64,000 nt of DNA from Klebsiella pneumoniae (GTDB lineage Bacteria > Pseudomonadota > Gammaproteobacteria > Ga0077536). Of this stretch, positions 37,853-47,242 are shown piece by piece. The notes under the pieces are model-generated. The model was not told the DNA's origin, made no database searches, and worked only from the letters and a program-made list of their open reading frames with translations. The position numbers and the translations under genes are program-made. How positions within the stretch are numbered: position 1 is the stretch's first letter; every line of letters begins with the position of its first letter. The stretch is taken from assembly GCA_945876945.1 (NCBI GenBank), contig CAMCQE010000005.1, forward strand, positions 922 through 64,921. Direction: 5' to 3'.

Positions 37853-39586
37853 TCAAACGAGTGAGGCCAGCAAGTCACGGTAGCGGGTGATATCAGTGCT
37901 ACGAAGTGCCTTGCCGACCAGACGCTTTACGGGCGCGATTTCGGTCTCGGCAATGACCTGCTTCACCTCCAGCAGCAGCGAGGGATGAACGCTGAACGCG
38001 CGCAACCCGAGCCCCAGCAGTAAACGGGTGTATCTCACGTCACCGGCCATTTCCCCGCACATCGCAATGGGACAGGCCGCGCCGTCGGCATACCTGATCG
38101 CCATTTCAATCAGCCGTAGCACGCCGGGATTGAGCGGGTCGTAGAGATAACTCACCTCCTCGTTCACCCGGTCGATGGCCACCGCGTACTGAATGAGGTC
38201 GTTAGTGCCGATGGACAGAAAATCGAGCGTGCGGGCGAAACCATCGGCAAAGGCGACGGCCGCCGGCACTTCCAACATGCCCCCTATCGGCATGGCCGGA
38301 TCGTAGGGGATGTTCTGGCGGTCGAAATCCCGCTGAATCTCGCGGATCAGCAGCATCACCTGCGCCACTTCGTCCACATGCGACAGCATCGGGATCATCA
38401 GCCGCACCTGTCCCAGCGCGGAGGCCCGGATAATCGCGCGCATTTGCGGCACGAGCAGGTCGGGCTCCTTCAAGCCCAGACGCACCGCGCGCATCCCCAG
38501 GGCAGGATTCACCGCATTCAGTCTGGACGACACACTGGCGCTGACATGTTTGTCGGCGCCGATATCCATCGTCCGAATGGTGACCGGTTGCTGTCGGAAT
38601 GCTTCCGTCAGGCGCTTGTAGACCGCGAAGTGCTCGTCTTCGCTCGGCGCATCGATACGGTTCATGTACAGGAATTCGGTGCGGTAAAGGCCCACGCCCC
38701 GCGCCCCGGAGCTTTTCGCGAGCTCGAAGTCGCTTTCCAGATCGACATTCGCCAGCAACTCGACCGGCACTCCGTCGGCAGTAACGGTCAGCGCGCGCTT
38801 GAGGCGGGCTAGCCGGCTGATTCGCTTTTGCCGCTCATCACGACGCGCCAGGTAGTGCTCGATGATGCGCTGATCGGCTTCGCCAAGGACCAGCCCTTCG
38901 TCGCCATCAACAATCAGCGGTTCGCCCTCGCGCAGATAGCGACGGGCATGAGGTACGCCAACCACCCCTGGCAAGCCCAGGCTGCGGGCAATGATTGCGG
39001 TATGCGAAGTGGGGCCGCCGTACTCCGTAATAAAGCCGACGATCCCGTGCTGCTGCATCAGCAGCGCATCCGCCGGAGAGAGGTCGTCCGCAATCAGAAT
39101 GAGGCCTTCGAGATTGCTGTCCGCCGCCTCATGGCGGGCCGGCGCCTGATTCAACAAGATCCGCAAAACGCGGTTAATGACGTGATCGACGTCGTCGCGG
39201 CGCGCGCGCAGATAGGCGTCGTCCATGCCGTCGAACACCTGCACGATGGAGTCGCGCTGAAGTTTGAGCGCCCACTCCGCGTTACAGCCGCGCTGGCGCA
39301 TCAGCCGCTTGGGCTCTTCGGTCAACGACGGGTCATCGAGCATCAGCAGATGCGTATCAATGAATGAGGCGATATCGGCGGGCGTGTGGGCCGGAATGCG
39401 CTCGCGCATGGCGCGCAGACTTTGTTTCGCCTCCTCGACTGCGGCACTCAGTCGCTCAAGTTCTGCCGGCAAGTCGCCTTCGGCAATCGGGTATTCCAGC
39501 ACTTCCAGAGAATCGCGCTGGATGATGTGGGCCGTGCCAAGCGCAATTCCGCGCGAAATGCCTTTGCCATGCAGTGCGATCGTCAT
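37853..39586 (-). CDS. ptsI: phosphoenolpyruvate-protein phosphotransferase (enzyme I, no GAF domain)
   Basis: 577 aa from ATG 39586, which overlaps the HPr stop (ATGA). Has GGPTSHTAIIARS (active-site His) and a PEP-utilising C-terminus. The track's 93-codon extension was dropped. Confidence 0.9.
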   Translation of the reverse strand: MTIALHGKGISRGIALGTAHIIQRDSLEVLEYPIAEGDLPAELERLSAAVEEAKQSLRAMRERIPAHTPADIASFIDTHLLMLDDPSLTEEPKRLMRQRGCNAEWALKLQRDSIVQVFDGMDDAYLRARRDDVDHVINRVLRILLNQAPARHEAADSNLEGLILIADDLSPADALLMQQHGIVGFITEYGGPTSHTAIIARSLGLPGVVGVPHARRYLREGEPLIVDGDEGLVLGEADQRIIEHYLARRDERQKRISRLARLKRALTVTADGVPVELLANVDLESDFELAKSSGARGVGLYRTEFLYMNRIDAPSEDEHFAVYKRLTEAFRQQPVTIRTMDIGADKHVSASVSSRLNAVNPALGMRAVRLGLKEPDLLVPQMRAIIRASALGQVRLMIPMLSHVDEVAQVMLLIREIQRDFDRQNIPYDPAMPIGGMLEVPAAVAFADGFARTLDFLSIGTNDLIQYAVAIDRVNEEVSYLYDPLNPGVLRLIEMAIRYADGAACPIAMCGEMAGDVRYTRLLLGLGLRAFSVHPSLLLEVKQVIAETEIAPVKRLVGKALRSTDITRYRDLLASLV

Positions 39587-39852
39587 TCGGGCTCGCCGAA
39601 GCGTCCTTCTATGAGTTCTACCAGCGCGTTCATTGCTGGCGTTTCGTCTTCTCCGCTGGTGCTCAACTCCAGCTCCGCGCCCTGGGCGGCGGCGAGCATC
39701 ATCAGGCCCATAATGCTTTTGCCGTTGACCCGGTTGGACGCTTTCTGCAGCGTGATGTCGCAGGCGAACTTGCCGGCGGTCTGCACGAACTTGGCGGCGG
39801 CCCGAGCGTGCAGGCCCAGCCGATTGACGATGAGGACATTGCGCACAGGCAT
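39583..39852 (-). CDS. ptsO: HPr-family phosphocarrier protein (NPr-like)
   Basis: 89 aa with NRLGLHARAA (His15 context) and NGKSIMGLM (Ser46 context). It is downstream of rapZ, as npr is in E. coli. Confidence 0.85.
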   Translation of the reverse strand: MPVRNVLIVNRLGLHARAAAKFVQTAGKFACDITLQKASNRVNGKSIMGLMMLAAAQGAELELSTSGEDETPAMNALVELIEGRFGEPE

Positions 39853-39861
39853 AGGGGGCTC

Positions 39862-40722
39862 TCAACTATCGCGATGCGTGGCGACGACGTGTCGCAGCGC
39901 ACGAAAATGCGTGGCCAGTTTCTCGGCCACATAAACAGAACGGTGGCGACCGCCGGTACAACCGATCGCAATGGTGAGATAGCTCCGGTTATCCGCCTCG
40001 AAGCGCGGGATCCATTTCTCCAGAAAGGCGGTCAGGTAGGCCACCATTTCGCGGGCGTAGTCGCTGGTTTCCAGAAATTGGCAAACGGCATCATCGCGAC
40101 CGGTCAGGTGGCGCAGCTCGGGATCCCAATGCGGGTTCGGCAAGCAGCGCACGTCGAACACAAAATCGGCGTCGGGCGGCACGCCGTTCTTGTAGCCAAA
40201 GGAACAGAACTGAAGCGCCAGCACATTGGTTTCGCGCCGCGTGATCCGTTCAATTAACTGGGTGCGGAAGCGGTGAATATGCGAGTGGGTGGTATCGATC
40301 CGCAGATCGGCTCGAGAGCTGATGGGCTCCAGCAACGCGCGCTCCTGCGCGATGGCTTCGCGCAGGGGCAGACGGGTACCCGACAAGGGGTGACGCCGAC
40401 GGGTTTCACTAAACCGTTTGAGGAGCGACTCGTCAGAGGCCTCAATGAATACCAATTCCACCGCGAGGGCCGCGCTACGGAGCTGGTCGAGGATATCGGG
40501 CAGCTGGATCAAATCTGCTTCGCGGTTACGGGCATCAATACCCACCGCCACTTGCCGGTAGTGAGGTAAATCGCCCTCGCCAATAAACTGCGCGAACTCG
40601 GCCAGAAAACCGGCGGGGAGATTGTCGACACAATAAAAACCCGCGTCTTCGAGCGCGTGGAGCGCGGTCGTTTTGCCCGCGCCCGACATGCCTGAAATCA
40701 GCACAAAGCGGCGCGCGTTCAC
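39862..40722 (-). CDS. rapZ: RNase adapter protein RapZ
   Basis: Has the Walker A GMSGAGKT and a C-terminal IGCTGGRHRSV. Confidence 0.92.
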   Translation of the reverse strand: MNARRFVLISGMSGAGKTTALHALEDAGFYCVDNLPAGFLAEFAQFIGEGDLPHYRQVAVGIDARNREADLIQLPDILDQLRSAALAVELVFIEASDESLLKRFSETRRRHPLSGTRLPLREAIAQERALLEPISSRADLRIDTTHSHIHRFRTQLIERITRRETNVLALQFCSFGYKNGVPPDADFVFDVRCLPNPHWDPELRHLTGRDDAVCQFLETSDYAREMVAYLTAFLEKWIPRFEADNRSYLTIAIGCTGGRHRSVYVAEKLATHFRALRHVVATHRDS

Positions 40723-40803
40723 GGTGTGGCTCCAGTGAATCGCGCCGCCGGCAGACTCGACACCTTCATCGGCTGAGCATCCGCTAGCGTCAGACGCGCT
40801 GGC

Positions 40804-41127
40804 TCAGGACTGGCTGCGTACCGCAGCGGCTTCGCGCACGTGGGGATCGGTCAGTTTTTCCTTGTGCTTGCGCACCTGACGATCGAGTTTATCGACCAGC
40901 AAATCGATGGCGGCATACATGTCGTCGTGCTCGCTCTCCGCATGCAGATTGGCACCGGCCACATGCAGGTTCGCTTCCGCCTTCTGGAGTTGGCGCTCGG
41001 TGCCGAGCACCACATGGATATCCATCACCTGATCGAAGTGGCGCACGATTCGCTGCATCTTGTTTTTGATGTAGTCCTGAAGCGCCGCAGAGAGTTCAAC
41101 GTGGTGGCCGGAAATAGTGATTTGCAT
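40804..41127 (-). CDS. hpf: ribosome hibernation promoting factor (short form)
   Basis: N-terminus MQITISGHHVELSAALQDYI. It is downstream of rpoN. Confidence 0.92.
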   Translation of the reverse strand: MQITISGHHVELSAALQDYIKNKMQRIVRHFDQVMDIHVVLGTERQLQKAEANLHVAGANLHAESEHDDMYAAIDLLVDKLDRQVRKHKEKLTDPHVREAAAVRSQS

Positions 41128-41205
41128 GACTAGGCTTCCTTCAGGGATGGGTAGAACAAAAGCACCGGCGTAATTCCCGGCGATTTCAGTATGGGCCTGC
41201 GCTCC

Positions 41206-42711
41206 TCATCCAAGTCGCTTGCGCTCGTTAGACGGCGGGATGTGCATAGCTTCACGGTACTTGGCAACGGTTCTGCGCGCCACATTAATTCCCTGCTCAC
41301 CCAGGATTTCAGCCAGTCGGCTGTCGCTTAAGGGTTTGTCGGGCGCCTCGGCTGCAATCAGCTTCTTGATGACCGCGCGAATCGCCGTTGACGACGCCTC
41401 GCCGCCGAGGTTGGTGCTGACGTGGCTGGAGAAGAAATACTTGAGCTCATAGACCCCGCGCGGGGTATGCATGTATTTGCGGCTGGTCACGCGGGAAATG
41501 GTGGACTCGTGCAATTCGAGTACTTCGGCAATGTCGTGCAACACCAAGGGCTTCATCGCTTCATCGCCCAAATCGAGAAAGGCCTTCTGCCGTTCGACGA
41601 TCGCGGCCGCCACCCGCAGCAAGGTTTCGCTGCGACTCTGCAGGCTCTTGATGAACCATTTGGCTTCCTGCAGATGCGTTTTGAGAGAGTTGTTGGTGGC
41701 GCTGTTATCCGCCCGCCGAATCATGCTGGCGTAATACGGATTCACCCGGATGTGAGGCACCGAGTCGGGGTTGAGTTCAACCTTCCAGCGGCCGCGCAGC
41801 TTGCGCACATAGACGTCCGGAATGAGGTATTCAGGGGGTTGCTCGCTGAAGCGCGAGCCGGGGCGTGGGTTGAGCGATTGAATCAGCGCCATCACTTCGC
41901 GCAGCTCGTCCTGCGTCAGCTTCATGCGCCGCATGACCTGGTTGAACTCGCGATTCCCCATCGCATCGAGATGGTGTTCGCAGACCCGCTGGGCTTCTTC
42001 GAGCCAATGGGTATCCGGCGCGAGTTCCCGGAGCTGGAGCAGCAGGCACTCGCTTAACGAGCGCGCCGCGACGCCCGGCGGGTCGAAGGCCTGCACCTGT
42101 TTGAGCATGGCTTCGATTTCATCTTCGTCGGCGTCAGCGCCACCGGCCTTGATGACTTCCAGAATGTCTTCAACGCTGACCTCGAGATAACCCGTATCGC
42201 CCAAGGCGTCGATGATGGCGGTCGCAATGAGCGTATCGAGGGGCGACAGCGGCAGGAGATTGAGCTGCCACAGCAGGTGGTCGCGCAGCGAGCCCGAGAC
42301 GCCCCGGATGTTTTCGAATTCGCCGGGGCCATCTTCGCCGGAAGACCCCGGGCCCGTGGCCGACAGCGTGTTATCGAAAATCTCGTCCCACTCGGTATCC
42401 ACCGGCAGGTCTTGCGGGATGTCGTCGGTGGTGGAGGGTGCGGCGTAGTCTTCCGCGCCGCTATCGCCCTCATCGCCGCCGAAGTCTCCGCCCTCGTCGC
42501 CGCCGACGGTCACAGTGCTGGCGGCTTCGCCCATAAAGTCCGGCACGTCGGTATCTTCTTCGTCGACCTCCAACATCATGTTGGAATCGAGCACCTGCTG
42601 GATCTCGAGCTCAAGCTCCATCGACGACAGTTGCAGAAGCCGGATGGCCTGCTGCAACTGGGGCGTCATGGTCAGTTGCTGACCAAGCTTGAGCTGCAGG
42701 GATTGCTTCAT
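41206..42711 (-). CDS. rpoN: RNA polymerase factor sigma-54
   Basis: Gln-rich N-terminus LKLGQQLTMTPQLQQAIRLLQ, an acidic region, and the RpoN box ARRTVAKYRE. Confidence 0.97.
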   Translation of the reverse strand: MKQSLQLKLGQQLTMTPQLQQAIRLLQLSSMELELEIQQVLDSNMMLEVDEEDTDVPDFMGEAASTVTVGGDEGGDFGGDEGDSGAEDYAAPSTTDDIPQDLPVDTEWDEIFDNTLSATGPGSSGEDGPGEFENIRGVSGSLRDHLLWQLNLLPLSPLDTLIATAIIDALGDTGYLEVSVEDILEVIKAGGADADEDEIEAMLKQVQAFDPPGVAARSLSECLLLQLRELAPDTHWLEEAQRVCEHHLDAMGNREFNQVMRRMKLTQDELREVMALIQSLNPRPGSRFSEQPPEYLIPDVYVRKLRGRWKVELNPDSVPHIRVNPYYASMIRRADNSATNNSLKTHLQEAKWFIKSLQSRSETLLRVAAAIVERQKAFLDLGDEAMKPLVLHDIAEVLELHESTISRVTSRKYMHTPRGVYELKYFFSSHVSTNLGGEASSTAIRAVIKKLIAAEAPDKPLSDSRLAEILGEQGINVARRTVAKYREAMHIPPSNERKRLG

Positions 42712-42810
42712 GGACAGGGGCTTTGACCTTTACAGCGTAGATTCGAGGTTCGTGAAATTCAGTCTAACGGATTATCCGCAAAGTCCCTCGTGCAGGTGCA
42801 GCAACTGCCA

Positions 42811-43536
42811 CTACATCGTGAAATCTTCACCCAGATACACGGCACGCACGTGTTCATCATCGAGGATACGCTCCGGCTCGCCTTCCGCGATGATCCGACC
42901 ATCGTTCACGATGTAGGCGCGGTCGCAAATGCCCAGCGTTTCGCGCACGTTGTGGTCGGTAATGAGCACGCCAATCCCGAGCTTGCTCAGATGCTTGATG
43001 ATGCGCCGGATGTCGCCAACCGAAATGGGGTCGACGCCGGCGAAGGGTTCATCCAGCAACACAAAGCGGGGCTCGGACGCCAGCGCACGGGCAATCTCGG
43101 TTCGGCGCCGCTCGCCGCCCGAGAGTGACATCCCGAGATTCTTGCGGATATGCGCGAGGTGAAATTCCTTCAGCAATTCTTCGAGCCGGCGTTGACGTTG
43201 CTCAGTGTTCATCTCGGCCATCGTCTCGAGCACGGCCGCAATGTTTTCTTCGACGGTCAATTTGCGGAAGACAGACGCTTCCTGCGGCAAATAACCCAGG
43301 CCCCGCCGCGCGCGTTGGTCCATGGGGAGATTGGAGAGGTCTTCCTTGTCCAGATGCACGCTGCCGCCTTCTTGCGGCACGAGTCCGATGATCATGTAGA
43401 AACTGGTCGTCTTGCCGGCGCCATTCGGCCCCAGCAGGCCCACCACCTCGCCCCCCGACACCGTCAGGCTGACGTCCTTCACGACCTGTCGGGACTTATA
43501 GGCCTTGAAGAGATGGCGAACGGCGAGCGTACTCAT
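42811..43536 (-). CDS. lptB: LPS export ABC transporter ATP-binding protein
   Basis: Has the Walker [10 protein letters not shown], the signature LSGGERRR, and lptCAB context. Confidence 0.95.
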   Translation of the reverse strand: MSTLAVRHLFKAYKSRQVVKDVSLTVSGGEVVGLLGPNGAGKTTSFYMIIGLVPQEGGSVHLDKEDLSNLPMDQRARRGLGYLPQEASVFRKLTVEENIAAVLETMAEMNTEQRQRRLEELLKEFHLAHIRKNLGMSLSGGERRRTEIARALASEPRFVLLDEPFAGVDPISVGDIRRIIKHLSKLGIGVLITDHNVRETLGICDRAYIVNDGRIIAEGEPERILDDEHVRAVYLGEDFTM

Positions 43537-44078
43537 GGGGCAGGTTTGCTCTTGGGCGGAATGATGACCTTCACCCGCCCTTTTGGCTTGCCATCCGAGG
43601 GCTTGCCCTGATTCGTGAGCGGGTCGCCGCGTCCGGTGATCACGCTACGCGCCGTGTCGTAGTTAATGCGATACCCCTCAAACAAGCGATCGCCCTGATT
43701 GAGATGCGCTTCCTTGATCAGCACGAGCTGGTTTTTCTTGGCGTAATACTCAACGCGCAGCGCCTGCCCCTCGATGTCTTCCTTGTTACCGTCGGGCGTC
43801 TGCCGGAAGTAGGCCGGTCGCCCATCCACCACCGCGACTTCCAGATTGCGGCTGTCGTCGAACGTGGCGCGCAGTTTGTCACCCGTCATGCGGATAGAGC
43901 CCTGCGTGACTATCACATTGCCGATGTAGTCGGTGGTGCCAGAGATATCGTCCATCTCGGCGAAATCTGCCTGAATCTCGACCGGCTGGTCCTTGTCTGA
44001 GGACAGCGCCGAGACGTGGGGGGCCAGCGCCATCAGCATGAGGAACAGGCCGATGCTTAGGGAATTAATGGCGTTCAA
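43533..44078 (-). CDS. lptA: lipopolysaccharide transport periplasmic protein LptA
   Basis: Has a signal peptide and an OstA-like sequence. It overlaps the lptB start. Confidence 0.88.
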   Translation of the reverse strand: MNAINSLSIGLFLMLMALAPHVSALSSDKDQPVEIQADFAEMDDISGTTDYIGNVIVTQGSIRMTGDKLRATFDDSRNLEVAVVDGRPAYFRQTPDGNKEDIEGQALRVEYYAKKNQLVLIKEAHLNQGDRLFEGYRINYDTARSVITGRGDPLTNQGKPSDGKPKGRVKVIIPPKSKPAP

Positions 44079-44646
44079 TGTGGCTTCTTACCCGTTCGCG
44101 TAGTTCAAGGCGATGGTGCCCGAAATTGGCGCGGAACCCTTTGGTTTTGGTCACGCTGTTAAAACTCCGGATGGTGGCTGCGTTGTCAGTCTCAGCGTAC
44201 TCCACGTTGGGGAAGACGCGCAGTTCCGAAGTAATGATTTCAAATTCTCGTTGGCCCGCGTCATCCAGCCGCCAAATTTCCACCCGCCCGTGCAACACCA
44301 CCAAATCGGTATTGGCCTTGAGAGTGCCGCGTTCCGCGACCACTTCCCACGGGTTCTGCTCCTCATTATAAATTTCCATCCGGGGCCGCGTTAGCTCGGT
44401 GGAGTTGTCATCGGGGTAGTGATAGACCTCGTCGGCCATCAGCACGTTCTGCAGGTCGCCGTTGCGGTCCATGGTGTGGCGAACCATATCGATGATGTAG
44501 TAGTCCGGCGTATGCCGACGCGCGCTGGGGAGATTGGGCGCTTCGCGGGTAAAGACGTGCCAGAGCCAGAAGGTCGCCGCGCTCAGCAACAGCGCCAGCA
44601 GCATGATGCCGCCGGCCCGCCCCATATCGAGGCTGATCCGGTTCAT
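44065..44646 (-). CDS. lptC: LPS export system protein LptC
   Basis: The ATG at 44646 overlaps the kdsC stop (ATGA). Has a single N-terminal TM helix and sits in lpt context. The track extension was dropped. Confidence 0.82.
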   Translation of the reverse strand: MNRISLDMGRAGGIMLLALLLSAATFWLWHVFTREAPNLPSARRHTPDYYIIDMVRHTMDRNGDLQNVLMADEVYHYPDDNSTELTRPRMEIYNEEQNPWEVVAERGTLKANTDLVVLHGRVEIWRLDDAGQREFEIITSELRVFPNVEYAETDNAATIRSFNSVTKTKGFRANFGHHRLELRERVRSHIERH

Positions 44647-45173
44647 TCGAGACGGCCGCCGTAGCGGGCGTATTCGGCGGCCAGCAATCCTTGTGATTTC
44701 AGAATGAACTCGCAGAGTTCGCGCACAGCGCCCGCGCCACCGGGCGCCCGGCTGCACCACCGGGCGGCGGCAAGACACAGCGGGTGCGCATCCGCGACCG
44801 TTGCGGGCAGGCCGACCCGTTGGAGTACCGGCAGGTCGGGCAAGTCGTCACCGACATAGCAAATCTCATCCGGCGTAACGCCCAGTTTCTGGCAGAGGTC
44901 GTCGAGCGCAACGAGTTTGTCGCGTTGGCCCTGATACACAAACTCAATCCCGAGTTCTGCCATCCGCGCCGCCACTACCGCCGATTGGCGCCCGGTGATG
45001 ACCGCGACCGCCAGACCGCTCTGGCGCAGCATCACCAAACCGTGGCCATCCCGCACATGAAAAACCTTCAGCTCTTCGCCGGCGGGACCCAGAATCAACT
45101 GTCCGTTGGTCATCACGCCATCAACGTCAAACACGACCAAGCGCACTTTTGCGGCCAAGGCTTCGAGGCTCAC
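44643..45173 (-). CDS. kdsC: 3-deoxy-D-manno-octulosonate 8-phosphate phosphatase
   Basis: HAD motif VVFDVDGVMTNG plus YVGDDLPDL. Confidence 0.92.
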   Translation of the reverse strand: MSLEALAAKVRLVVFDVDGVMTNGQLILGPAGEELKVFHVRDGHGLVMLRQSGLAVAVITGRQSAVVAARMAELGIEFVYQGQRDKLVALDDLCQKLGVTPDEICYVGDDLPDLPVLQRVGLPATVADAHPLCLAAARWCSRAPGGAGAVRELCEFILKSQGLLAAEYARYGGRLE

Positions 45174-46153
45174 ATGACCCTCGCTTTCAGCAGATCGTGC
45201 ATATTCAGCACGCCTTCAAGCGCCCCGTCTTCATTGGTCACCAGCAAGGCGTTGATTTTGTTTTCCTGCATCACTCGCAGCGCCTCGGCGGCCAGCGTGT
45301 CGGCCGGGATGGTCTTGCTGTGCCGGGTCATGAACGCGCCGACGGGCTCGCGCAGCGCGTCCGCTCCGCCCTGATCCAGCACCCGTCGCAAATCGCCGTC
45401 CGTGAATATGCCCAGCACGCGGTCGTGCTCATCGACAATCGCGGTCAAACCCAGGCCCTTGCGGGTCATTTCAAGCAGGGCGTCGCGCAGCGGTGTATCA
45501 GTGCCCACGCGCGGACGCCGCTCGCCCTGATGCATGAGGTCTGAAATTTTGAGCAACAGGCGGCGGCCTAGCGCGCCCCCCGGATGAGAACGGGCAAAGT
45601 CTTCCTGGGTAAAGCCGCGCGCTTCTAACAGCGCCACCGCCAACGCGTCGCCCATGGCCAAGGCTGCGGTGGTACTGGAGGTCGGCGCAAGTCCAAGCGG
45701 GCACGCCTCCTGCGCCACGCCAACGTTAATGTGCACGGTGGCAGCTTCGGCGAGCGTGGAGGTCGGATTGCCCGTGAAGGCGATCAGCGGCACCCCAAGC
45801 CGACGTAGCAGCGGCACCAGCACAATCAGTTCGTCCGTCTCGCCTGAATTCGACAGCGCCAGCACCACGTCTTCGGGTTTCACCATGCCCATGTCGCCGT
45901 GACTGGCTTCACCCGGGTGAACAAAAAACGCCGGCGTGCCGGTGCTGGCAAGGGTGGCGGCGATCTTGCCGCCGATATGCCCGGATTTTCCCATCCCCAA
46001 CACGACCACCCGCCCACGGCAACGCAGGATGTGGTCGGCGGCGGTGACGAATGAGGCGTCAATTCTGGGGATGAGATCGGTCACGGCCTTCGCCTCGATT
46101 TCGAGCACGGCCTGAGCGAGCTTCCGGAGCTTTTCGATGTCTGTGGGATCCAC
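45170..46153 (-). CDS. kdsD: arabinose-5-phosphate isomerase (SIS + CBS pair)
   Basis: Has GMGKSGHIG and SNSGET, with a C-terminal CBS pair. Confidence 0.93.
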   Translation of the reverse strand: MDPTDIEKLRKLAQAVLEIEAKAVTDLIPRIDASFVTAADHILRCRGRVVVLGMGKSGHIGGKIAATLASTGTPAFFVHPGEASHGDMGMVKPEDVVLALSNSGETDELIVLVPLLRRLGVPLIAFTGNPTSTLAEAATVHINVGVAQEACPLGLAPTSSTTAALAMGDALAVALLEARGFTQEDFARSHPGGALGRRLLLKISDLMHQGERRPRVGTDTPLRDALLEMTRKGLGLTAIVDEHDRVLGIFTDGDLRRVLDQGGADALREPVGAFMTRHSKTIPADTLAAEALRVMQENKINALLVTNEDGALEGVLNMHDLLKARVM

Positions 46154-46361
46154 GTCTGTTGGAACCTGTTAGCGCGAGTGGCGAGGGCTGGGATTACGCA
46201 ACCTGCGCGTGGATACCAAGTCGTCGGCGCGGGTAACACCCTTACGGGCGATTACTACGCGTCGGTATTGGAAGGGATTAGATTATCTTCTGCAAGTCAC
46301 GGGCCACCGCCCGTTAAAAACAAAACGCGCCCCAGCCCTTGAGGTGCAGTGGAACCCACGC

Positions 46362-47048
46362 ATGAAAGCAATGCTACTGGCGGCGGGTCGCGGCGAGCGA
46401 CTGCGGCCATTGACCGACCACACCCCCAAACCGCTTCTGAAAGTCGGCGGTCAGGCGCTGATTGTCTGGCAGCTCGAAAAGCTGAAACGCGCCGGCATTA
46501 GCGAGGTGGTGATTAATCTTGCTTATCTCGGCGAGCAGATAGAGACCTATCTGGGGAATGGCAGCGCCTGGGGGCTGACCATTGAATATTCCCACGAGCC
46601 ACCCGGTGCGCTGGAAACGGCGGGAGGCATCCGGCAGGCCCTTGATGCGCTTGGCAACGCGCCCTTTGTGCTGGCGAACGCCGATGTCTGGACCGATTTC
46701 GACTTTGCGCTGCTGCCCCCGCACTGCCAATCGCTTGCGCACCTTGTGCTGGTGGAAAACCGGCCGCATCACCCGCAGGGGGATTTTGGCTTGCTTGACG
46801 GGCAAGTCACGCCGTCGGGCGAGCCAAACCGGACCTATGCCGGCATCGGCATTTACGCACCGGGCCTCTTTCAATCACTTGCCCGTGGCGTCCGTGCGCC
46901 ATTGGCGCCGCTGCTACGTGCTGCGATCGCCGACGGTGCCGTGACGGGCCAACTGTGGACAGGGCAATGGATCGATGTGGGGACTGTGGAACGGCTGGAA
47001 GAGGCCGATCTCGCGCTAAGGCTGGCGGCTAGAGACCAGAGGCTTTAG
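46362..47048 (+). CDS. sugar-1-phosphate nucleotidyltransferase (MurU-like)
   Basis: N-terminus MKAMLLAAGRGERLRPLTDHTPKPLL. The ATG is at 46362, and the track extension was dropped. Confidence 0.75.
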   Translation: MKAMLLAAGRGERLRPLTDHTPKPLLKVGGQALIVWQLEKLKRAGISEVVINLAYLGEQIETYLGNGSAWGLTIEYSHEPPGALETAGGIRQALDALGNAPFVLANADVWTDFDFALLPPHCQSLAHLVLVENRPHHPQGDFGLLDGQVTPSGEPNRTYAGIGIYAPGLFQSLARGVRAPLAPLLRAAIADGAVTGQLWTGQWIDVGTVERLEEADLALRLAARDQRL

Positions 47049-47166
47049 GGCTGATTTCCTTATAAACAATGACTTGAGTGTCAAAAGCCAAATTTTTGTT
47101 TATGAATCCGGCCTAAGGCATTAATCTTCCGCCCCATGACGGACTTTTTTCACATTTCGCTGCGCC

Positions 47167-47180
47167 TGCGCAATTGCGCA
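47167..47180. promoter_or_regulatory. perfect 14-bp palindrome TGCGCAATTGCGCA upstream of mltF (candidate operator)
   Basis: Read directly from the sequence. It lies 63 bp upstream of the mltF start, next to an unusually AT-rich stretch (47050..47110). Confidence 0.25.
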
Positions 47181-47242
47181 TGAGGCTCTTCCGGCGGTAA
47201 ATAGCCGCTCCCGACGATCAGGAACGACGCTCTCAGGCTCTT

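Noticed and set aside
46300-46330. Hairpin ACGGGC-CACC-GCCCGT followed by an A-rich tract in the kdsD/murU divergent region
   Set aside because: The orientation is wrong for a terminator on either strand (the A-tract follows on plus, and the T-tract precedes on minus). It sits in a divergent promoter region.
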